From an uncultured virus (IMG/VR IMGVR_UViG_3300005764_000014) (lineage: Duplodnaviria; Heunggongvirae; Uroviricota; Caudoviricetes), in IMG/VR virus record IMGVR_UViG_3300005764_000014: DNA of 20,950 nt; one strand, given 5' to 3'. Both the position numbers and the translations under genes were made by a program. The notes beneath the pieces were generated by a model that saw only the letters and a program-made list of their open reading frames with translations, was not told the origin of the DNA and did no database searches. Shown piece by piece: positions 15,626-20,950 of the stretch (the stretch's first letter is position 1; every line of letters begins with the position of its first letter).

Positions 15626-15958
15626 CTACCGCGCCTTCCCGCCCTCGGCCACCGGGATGGCGGTCTCGGGTATCCAGCGGACCACCATGCCGCCACCGTC
15701 GTAGGGCGTGTCGTTGAGCAGGTCCGCGCGGGCCTGGGCGGCCCAGGCGTGGTAGTAGACACTCTCGGCGTCCTGGTAGGGGTACCGGCCGTCGGCCTGC
15801 CAGACGAACACGCCATGGAGCCCGTGCTCGGTCACCAGGTCCCCGCCGCAGTAGGCGCAGCGCTTGCGCTTCGGCATGCCGCCGCCTTGCGTGTGCACCC
15901 CGGGCAGGTCCGGGTTGGACCGGTGGACGCAGTGGTGCTGGGTGGCCATCTTGCGCAT
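15626..15958 (-). CDS. hypothetical protein (CAYC motif)
   Basis: TAATG-coupled to the upstream gene; 110 aa. Confidence 0.65.
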   Translation of the reverse strand: MRKMATQHHCVHRSNPDLPGVHTQGGGMPKRKRCAYCGGDLVTEHGLHGVFVWQADGRYPYQDAESVYYHAWAAQARADLLNDTPYDGGGMVVRWIPETAIPVAEGGKAR

Positions 15959-16209
15959 TACGCCCCCCTCCCGGCTCCATAGAACTCCGCCGCACTGACA
16001 TCGGGGCTGGGGTCGCTCTCAGCGGGCTGGTAGCGCTGTTCGTAGCGCGCTTGCGCCCGCGCGTCGAGCGCCTCGGCGGCGAGGCCGCACAGGGCATCCA
16101 CAAGCTGCAGGGCGCACGCCTCGGCGGCGTCCGGGCATTCCGGGTGGGCGTTGAACGCCGAGACCACTATGATCTCGGCAAGTCGGTTCATATCCAGCAT
16201 CATCATCAT
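15958..16209 (-). CDS. hypothetical protein (~80 aa)
   Basis: GGGAG followed by (ATG)4; the true start is probably a later ATG. Confidence 0.65.
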   Translation of the reverse strand: MMMMLDMNRLAEIIVVSAFNAHPECPDAAEACALQLVDALCGLAAEALDARAQARYEQRYQPAESDPSPDVSAAEFYGAGRGA

Positions 16210-16280
16210 CTCCCTGGTAATACCTTAACGGGCGGGGCCGACAATTCACATCGGTTTACCCGCCCGCCATTCCCTTTCCT

Positions 16281-16697
16281 TTATGACCGGTCCTGCTCCT
16301 GCGGGCCGTGGCAGTGCTCGGGCTGCGGCACGGTCGAGGCCACCTTGTACACCCGCTGCAGGCCGGGGATCGGCTGCAGGTTGACGTCGATGGGGTAGAC
16401 GTCCACGCCGGTGATCCGGGCGGCCTCCCAGGCTTCCTCGTCGGGGTAGGTGATCAGCACCTGGACGTCGGCGGGCTCCAGCCCGAGCCGCTCCTCACAG
16501 TTGGCGCAGCCTTCGGCGGGGTACTCCGGGTGCTCGCAGCCTTCCATGTGGTGCCGGGCGTCCTCGCTGCCGTTGCAGAAGTACTTCCCGGGGCGCGGGG
16601 CGTTCTTCGCGGTGCGGTAGGTGTGCGCTTCCTCGCCCTCACCGAGGGCCAGCAGCAGGCCGCAGCCTGAGCAGGCGGCGGGGGGTGTGCTGTTCAT
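16281..16697 (-). CDS. Cys/His-rich hypothetical protein (138 aa)
   Basis: TAATG-coupled; CSGC, CEH, CANC. Confidence 0.7.
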   Translation of the reverse strand: MNSTPPAACSGCGLLLALGEGEEAHTYRTAKNAPRPGKYFCNGSEDARHHMEGCEHPEYPAEGCANCEERLGLEPADVQVLITYPDEEAWEAARITGVDVYPIDVNLQPIPGLQRVYKVASTVPQPEHCHGPQEQDRS

Positions 16698-16963
16698 TAC
16701 CGGTCCTCTCCCGCCCGCTCTAGCGTGTCCAGCGACGGCCAGGGCTGCTCGCCCTTGTGGGCGTAGACCACTTCGACCGTGGTCTTGACCACCCGTACCG
16801 GGTTGCTGCCGAGTGATTCAGCCAGGTTCACCGCCGCCTCGTGGGCGTCGGTGTCGGTGGGCGCGTCACGGCCCACGACGAACTCGCCGCTCGGCTCGAC
16901 CTTCCACTTGCCCAGGTCGAACATCTCGACCTTGTAGGTGATGTCGTTCATCATCATCATCAT
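16697..16963 (-). CDS. hypothetical protein (~85 aa)
   Basis: GAGGAG followed by (ATG)5. Confidence 0.7.
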   Translation of the reverse strand: MMMMMNDITYKVEMFDLGKWKVEPSGEFVVGRDAPTDTDAHEAAVNLAESLGSNPVRVVKTTVEVVYAHKGEQPWPSLDTLERAGEDR

Positions 16964-16979
16964 CTCCTCATACGCCTGA

Positions 16980-17007
16980 AGGGGGGCCCGCCAGCGGCGG
17001 ACCCCCC
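16980..17007. terminator. GC-rich intergenic hairpin
   Basis: GGGGGGCCCGCC-AGC-GGCGGACCCCCC, one mismatch, just after the stop of 17017..17499. Confidence 0.4.
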
Positions 17008-17016
17008 GTCGGGGTG

Positions 17017-17499
17017 TTACTTCTCGACGCCTGGAGCCAGCAGGTCGTCCAGCTTGACTTCCTCCAGCGCGCGGGCCAGCACGTCCCTCCAGTACCGGCC
17101 GGTCTCGTTGCCCAGCGGCACCATCCGCTTGATCCGGTCCCCGCCGTCATCGCGGATGATGACGAACAGGGTCTGGCCGACATTGTCCTTCGCGGCCGGC
17201 CACCGGACGATGGTGCCCTGGGTCCAGGGGGTGCGGTAGGGCTGGCCGACGGCCAGGTCCACTGTCTCGGACGTGCCGGCCGTGGTCGACGTGTATCCCT
17301 CGGGCAGTTCCTTGGTGCACAGCGCCTTGTCGGCCTTCAGGCCGCGCGGGCCCTGCCGCAGCCCGAGGGTGCGCGGGTTGACCTTCTCGACGGTCCACTG
17401 ACCGGGGTACTTGGCGCTGGGCACCATGTCGGGCCAGGTCGCGCCGTCCATCACGTAGACCTTGTCGCGCACCTTGAACGTCTGCTCTGTCATCATCAT
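17017..17499 (-). CDS. hypothetical protein (~158 aa), possibly SH3-like folds
   Basis: AAGGAG followed by (ATG)3; FKVRDKVYV N-terminus. Confidence 0.75.
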   Translation of the reverse strand: MMMTEQTFKVRDKVYVMDGATWPDMVPSAKYPGQWTVEKVNPRTLGLRQGPRGLKADKALCTKELPEGYTSTTAGTSETVDLAVGQPYRTPWTQGTIVRWPAAKDNVGQTLFVIIRDDGGDRIKRMVPLGNETGRYWRDVLARALEEVKLDDLLAPGVEK

Positions 17500-17522
17500 C
17501 TCCTTGGTCTGCCTGCCACTCC

Positions 17523-17558
17523 ATGATGGCGGCTGCTTACACTTCTGTCAACAGTTGG
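17523..17558 (-). promoter_or_regulatory. promoter/operator copy 2
   Basis: TTGACA(17551-17546)-N17-CATCAT; TCAACAGTTGG at 17548-17558. Confidence 0.7.
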
Positions 17559-17568
17559 GCTGGGATTT

Positions 17569-18405
17569 CTATTCCACGCCCGTGATGCGGCTGATCTCCT
17601 CGGTGATCGCCACCACGGCCTCGTAGGTGGTGTCCGCGCTCTCGGCGTTGCGAGCGGTGAACCCGGGGCCGGCCCAGTCATCCCCGGTGCAGCAGGACCG
17701 CTCGATGCGGCAGGTGCCGTCGCCGTTACTCACCAGGACAGCGTCCAGTTCGTGGCCGCAGCGGGTGCGGTGCCCGGCGCGCATCCGCTGGTACATCACG
17801 GTGTCAGGCAGGGGCACCCTCTCGGGAGCGGCGGCCTGCTTGGCAGCATCCCGGGCAGCCGCCTCGACGTCCTCCCAGCCGTAGTAGCCGCCGCACGAGT
17901 CGAGGGTCTCGCCGTCCGGGCCGAGCACCGCCCAGCAGAAGGTGTCGCCGTTGATGTAGTGGCTGTAGACCGCGACGTCACCGGCGATCAGCTTGGCCGC
18001 CTGCGCCTTGTCCTCATCGGACCCGGTCCATTCGGTGCCCTGGGTCTCCCGCCAGTTTTCAGCGGTGACGTAGGCCACGCCGCACTGGGCGGAGTCCCAC
18101 TTGTCATCGAAGGGGTAGGTGCGCGGCCCGGTGGACAGCGCGATGCCGCTGTGCTCGTAGACCCAGACCGGCTGGCTGTACAGCGCCACCCCGGCCTCCA
18201 GCAGGTGGCCCTCGATCTGCGGCCACGCCGGGCCGTTGCCGAACGAGGCGATGTCCAGCCCGGCGTCGTTGGGGAAGTTCCACCGCCGGCCCCACATGAT
18301 CAGGTCGCAGCCGTGGATGTCGTCGCGCGGGGAGCCGGTGTCCGGGTCGTGGTCGATCTCGACCGTCAGGCCGGCCTCGGTGAATGTGTCTATTGTCATT
18401 GTCAT
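17569..18405 (-). CDS. conserved phage/ICE-type acidic hypothetical protein with shared C-terminal peptide
   Basis: YEHSGIALS...WDSAQCG...Y..YINGD...DSCGGYYG motifs, recalled from mobile-element hypothetical proteins; ends ADTTYEAVVAITEEISRITGVE. Start 18405 or 18399. Confidence 0.8.
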   Translation of the reverse strand: MTMTIDTFTEAGLTVEIDHDPDTGSPRDDIHGCDLIMWGRRWNFPNDAGLDIASFGNGPAWPQIEGHLLEAGVALYSQPVWVYEHSGIALSTGPRTYPFDDKWDSAQCGVAYVTAENWRETQGTEWTGSDEDKAQAAKLIAGDVAVYSHYINGDTFCWAVLGPDGETLDSCGGYYGWEDVEAAARDAAKQAAAPERVPLPDTVMYQRMRAGHRTRCGHELDAVLVSNGDGTCRIERSCCTGDDWAGPGFTARNAESADTTYEAVVAITEEISRITGVE

Positions 18406-18424
18406 CTCCTGGTGTTTCTTCCGC

Positions 18425-18889
18425 CTATGCTACAAGGCGGCTCAGACATTCTGTCAACGGTTGATGAGCCGGTAACCGGCCTTGCCGCCAGGGAGCTTTC
18501 CGCGTACGGCCAGTCCCTTGCGGACGAGGCTTGCGGTGGTCCGCGATATACCTTCGGGACTGCGGCCGAGAGCGCTGGCCAGCTCGGCCAGGCCGGTCAG
18601 TGACGAGGCGGAGAGCAGGCTCAGCACCTGCCTCTCGTTCGTGGTGATCTTGCCGTTCATGTGTGCTCTCCTCATCTAGTTCGAGTGTGTCCATGTCGAC
18701 CTTGCCGGACGCGGCCAGGTCCGCAACGGTGCGGTAGTAGCCGGCGTGGAACCCGCCGGGGTGGGTGACTGAGAACTGCTCCCCCTCGCACGGTGGGAGC
18801 GCCCTCGCGTTCAGGTTGCCCTGGTCTCCGACCAGTCTCATCACGATCACTTCGACCCGCATCCCGTTGGCGTCATACCAGCGGGGCAT
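18425..18889 (-). CDS. hypothetical protein; N-terminal ~72 aa look genuine, the remainder overlaps the wHTH gene
   Basis: GGAGAGG RBS; MRVEVI...GYYRTVADL...VDMDTLE. Confidence 0.55.
   Translation of the reverse strand: MPRWYDANGMRVEVIVMRLVGDQGNLNARALPPCEGEQFSVTHPGGFHAGYYRTVADLAASGKVDMDTLELDEESTHERQDHHEREAGAEPALRLVTDRPGRAGQRSRPQSRRYIADHRKPRPQGTGRTRKAPWRQGRLPAHQPLTECLSRLVA
18427..18464 (-). promoter_or_regulatory. promoter/operator copy 3
   Basis: TTGACA(18457-18452)-N19-TAGCAT; TCAACGGTTGA at 18454-18464 contains the upstream gene's stop codon. Confidence 0.65.
18454..18660 (-). CDS. MarR-like winged-helix DNA-binding protein (68 aa)
   Basis: ITTNERQVLSLL....TGLAELASALGRSPEGISRTTASLVRKGLAVR; GAGGAG RBS. 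Confidence 0.8.
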   Translation of the reverse strand: MNGKITTNERQVLSLLSASSLTGLAELASALGRSPEGISRTTASLVRKGLAVRGKLPGGKAGYRLINR

Positions 18890-18928
18890 CCATTACCTCT
18901 CCTTGCTGGGCACACCGTTGTGCCCGCA

Positions 18929-18950
18929 CTTCTGTCAACAGTTGAGCAGG
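18929..18950 (-). promoter_or_regulatory. promoter/operator copy 4 (no clear -10)
   Basis: 22/22 identical to 13138-13159 (CTTCTGTCAACAGTTGAGCAGG). Confidence 0.7.
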
Positions 18951-18968
18951 CAGTTCTGTTCCCGTGGG

Positions 18969-18998
18969 TGGACAGCCTGCCCTGCTGGTGCCTACGAT
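18969..18998 (+). promoter_or_regulatory. putative promoter for the MYHH peptide gene
   Basis: TGGACA-N18-TACGAT. Confidence 0.5.
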
Positions 18999-19033
18999 CG
19001 GGCCCTCATCACAGCTCACCCTGGAGGACCGTC

Positions 19034-19210
19034 ATGGGCGGCAGCCAGATGTACCACCACACCGTGCCGCAGGCCGCGGGCGACATGTACCACCACTCGA
19101 TGCTTCTGCTCCACACCGCCGCGCTGCACGGCCAGCTCGCCATCTCCGCGGCGGTGCTCGCGGTAGCCTGCGGGTATGCAGGACTGCGCAGGGCCCGATC
19201 CCGGGGATGA
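19034..19210 (+). CDS. small Met/His-repeat membrane peptide (58 aa)
   Basis: GGAGGA RBS; MGGSQMYHHTVPQAAGDMYHHSM, then a hydrophobic helix and RRARSRG. Confidence 0.65.
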   Translation: MGGSQMYHHTVPQAAGDMYHHSMLLLHTAALHGQLAISAAVLAVACGYAGLRRARSRG

Positions 19211-19223
19211 CACCAAGGCGGTA

Positions 19224-19415
19224 ATGCCCGACGTGCTGGTGCGCCGGCCGCGCCTCGGCCTGGCCAGCCCCGGCAGCGGCTGGGGCGGCCTGAGAGAGCC
19301 TGAACAGCCGGGGGTGTTCACCAGCGCCGACGGCACGGTGGGCAGCGGCTACGACGTGGCCGGGCGGCGGGCGGCCCGCAGCCGCCGCGCCGCCCGGCTG
19401 GACCGCGAGATCTAA
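19224..19415 (+). CDS. possible small hypothetical protein (63 aa)
   Basis: Fills the gap to the convergent gene; weak RBS. Confidence 0.35.
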   Translation: MPDVLVRRPRLGLASPGSGWGGLREPEQPGVFTSADGTVGSGYDVAGRRAARSRRAARLDREI

Positions 19416-19633
19416 CCTGGCGGATTGGCGCTGTTCGGGCACCGGGCCGCCTCCCGGGAGGTCTCGGCGTACGGGCACCGCACCGGCGGCTTGCCGCAGA
19501 TGTGGCAGTAGGGCAGCCCGCGATCGAGCCGGGCCAGGGTGGTCCGCGCGCACCACCAGCCGAACCGCTCGGGCAGGTTGAGCGCGACCGCCCAGAACAC
19601 CCCGAGGGTGATCAGTTCCCACCGTGCCATCAT
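19412..19633 (-). CDS. hypothetical protein (73 aa; hydrophobic N-terminus, CHIC motif)
   Basis: GAGGAG RBS; ATGA overlap. Confidence 0.6.
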   Translation of the reverse strand: MMARWELITLGVFWAVALNLPERFGWWCARTTLARLDRGLPYCHICGKPPVRCPYAETSREAARCPNSANPPG

Positions 19634-19848
19634 TCTCCTCGCCTGATTACTGCCACGACCTCCGACCAGGGCAGCCGGTGCTCGGCCTCCCCGATCTCGG
19701 CGTAGCAGGCGGCCTGGGCGACCCAGGTGACCCGGGCGCGCACCCGCTTGTTCTTGTAGTCGAACACCACGGTGTCGCCCACAGCGGCCTTCTCCGGGCC
19801 CCACACGTCCCGCACCGGCCCGAGGCCGGGGGAGGCTTCGGCGGTCAC
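19630..19848 (-). CDS. hypothetical protein (72 aa), SH3-like pattern
   Basis: GGAGG RBS; GTGA overlap; VGDTVVF...RARV. Confidence 0.65.
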   Translation of the reverse strand: MTAEASPGLGPVRDVWGPEKAAVGDTVVFDYKNKRVRARVTWVAQAACYAEIGEAEHRLPWSEVVAVIRRGE

Positions 19849-20000
19849 GCCGGCCTCCTGTTCTGCCAGGTGCTGATGTCAGCGGCTAGCGTGACCGAGG
19901 GGTAGGGCTCATCCGGCCGTTGCGGGGTCACCAGGCAGAAGAAGAACTCACCCAGCATCCGGCCCGTCAGGGCCAAGCCCTGCAGATACCACTTGGCCAT
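19845..20000 (-). CDS. small hypothetical protein (51 aa)
   Basis: ATG 20000, 5 nt after the upstream stop; coupled to the next gene. Confidence 0.5.
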   Translation of the reverse strand: MAKWYLQGLALTGRMLGEFFFCLVTPQRPDEPYPSVTLAADISTWQNRRPA

Positions 20001-20005
20001 CGTGA

Positions 20006-20338
20006 TCAGCCCGCTCCGTAGTAGCTGTGCTCGGGCATGGTGTCGGTGCCCTTGCGCACCGGGATCACCCAGCCCTTGCGGGACCGGCCCGGGACGCCCG
20101 CAGCGGCCCAGTCGATCCACGGGGGTACGTCGAACTCGTAGTACGGCTGCGAGTGCGCCGCCTCGGGGTTTTCGTTCACCGGCAGCGGTGGCCGGTTGCC
20201 GTCCTTGTTGCGGGTCTGCCGGACGAACCACATCTCCACCTGACGGCGGTCGATGTCACCGCGCCCGTCGGGGAACTCGAAGGTCTCGTTGAATGCGGTG
20301 GCGATCACCTGGTAGCCGCCGCGCAATTCCTCGGTCAT
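20006..20338 (-). CDS. putative MerR/excisionase-like DNA-binding protein (110 aa)
   Basis: AAGGAG RBS; IDRRQVEMW..R.....PPLPV....YYEFDV..W pattern. The ORF is solid; the function is tentative. Confidence 0.55.
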   Translation of the reverse strand: MTEELRGGYQVIATAFNETFEFPDGRGDIDRRQVEMWFVRQTRNKDGNRPPLPVNENPEAAHSQPYYEFDVPPWIDWAAAGVPGRSRKGWVIPVRKGTDTMPEHSYYGAG

Positions 20339-20377
20339 GGTCTTCTCCTTGATCGGAATCCTATTCTGCCAATGGCT

Positions 20378-20407
20378 AAAGGGGACCGGAGGCGTTCCCG
20401 GTCCCCT
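20378..20407 (-). terminator. intrinsic terminator-like hairpin
   Basis: AGGGGACCGG-N8-CCGGTCCCCT followed by a short T-run on the minus strand, 10 nt after the stop at 20418. Confidence 0.65.
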
Positions 20408-20417
20408 GTGCCTTTCT

Positions 20418-20950
20418 TCAGTTACCCGCTATGCGGGAGATTTCCTCGGTGATCTGCCGGACCTGCTCGTAGCTGCTGTCGCTGTGGTGCTCAGCCGAGC
20501 CGGGGCCAGTCTTACTGCGCCGGCAGGCCGGGTCGTCGCAGTAGTCGTAGCGGCCGGACGGGTCGTGGTAGTGGCCGGTCCCGGGTGCGGGAGGCCAGGT
20601 GCCGTCGGGGGTCATGCCCTCGATGGTGTGCCGGCCGCCCTTGGGGCAGTCCGGGTTCCACGACCACGGCTGGGTTTTCACCACGCAGTAGGCGTCATTC
20701 CGGGCCTCGTACTGGACGCCCTCGCCGCACTTGGTGCACGGCCCCGAGCCGTAGTTGCCGCCGCTCTCGATCAGGTCGTGACGCGGGGTGTGGTTCGGGA
20801 AGTAGGACTTGACGCACAGGTAGCCCAGGTGGTGCTCGTCCGGGTACTCCGGGCCAGGCACCTGGTGGTGGCTGTTGCTGGTGCCACCGTGGGTGTGGTC
20901 GATGTGGTAGTCCAGCCCGCGCACGTTCCAGAACGTCTCCCCGCAGGCGC
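20418..20950 (-). CDS. Cys/His-rich protein (5' truncated) with shared C-terminal peptide
   Basis: Frame is open to the window end (ACGETFWNVRGLDYH...); ends SDSSYEQVRQITEEISRIAGN. Confidence 0.75.
   Translation of the reverse strand, partial: ACGETFWNVRGLDYHIDHTHGGTSNSHHQVPGPEYPDEHHLGYLCVKSYFPNHTPRHDLIESGGNYGSGPCTKCGEGVQYEARNDAYCVVKTQPWSWNPDCPKGGRHTIEGMTPDGTWPPAPGTGHYHDPSGRYDYCDDPACRRSKTGPGSAEHHSDSSYEQVRQITEEISRIAGN

Noticed and set aside
13138..18950. Repeated 15-22-bp element as a CRISPR array or att sites
   Set aside because: Copies are 0.5-4.4 kb apart, each upstream of a gene and containing a -35 box; no regular spacers or cas genes.
1..20950. tRNA, rRNA, integrase, transposase or reverse transcriptase
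   Set aside because: No recognisable motifs by eye; a tRNAscan/HMM search would be needed to exclude them formally.

Overview
High-GC actinobacterial mobile DNA, most consistent with a phage/prophage or phage-plasmid. Three zones. (1) 1-2060, + strand: the 3' part of a DUF1906/GH25-like cell-wall hydrolase (probable endolysin), then small coupled ORFs. (2) About 2100-9340: a Streptomyces-plasmid/AICE-type conjugation module with FtsK/SpoIIIE-type TraB, TraA/Spd-like membrane genes, an HNH gene, a divergent GntR-UTRA (KorSA/TraR-like) repressor, a DUF2637-like gene and an RHH ORF. No integrase or Rep gene is visible. (3) 9345-20950, mostly - strand: a dense phage early-gene-like array with a C5 DNA methyltransferase, a GIY-YIG-like nuclease and HTH proteins, punctuated by four copies of a TTGACA/TCAACnGTTGA promoter-operator element. 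Four signals stand out: three unrelated proteins end in the same ~21-aa C-terminal peptide, which also resembles a helix in the TraA-like protein; the methyltransferase has a PTP-repeat region coded in an overlapping +1 frame; two small Met/His-repeat membrane peptides share upstream sequence; and a Tra module sits inside a lysin-bearing genome. All family calls come from motif recognition by eye; no database search was run.
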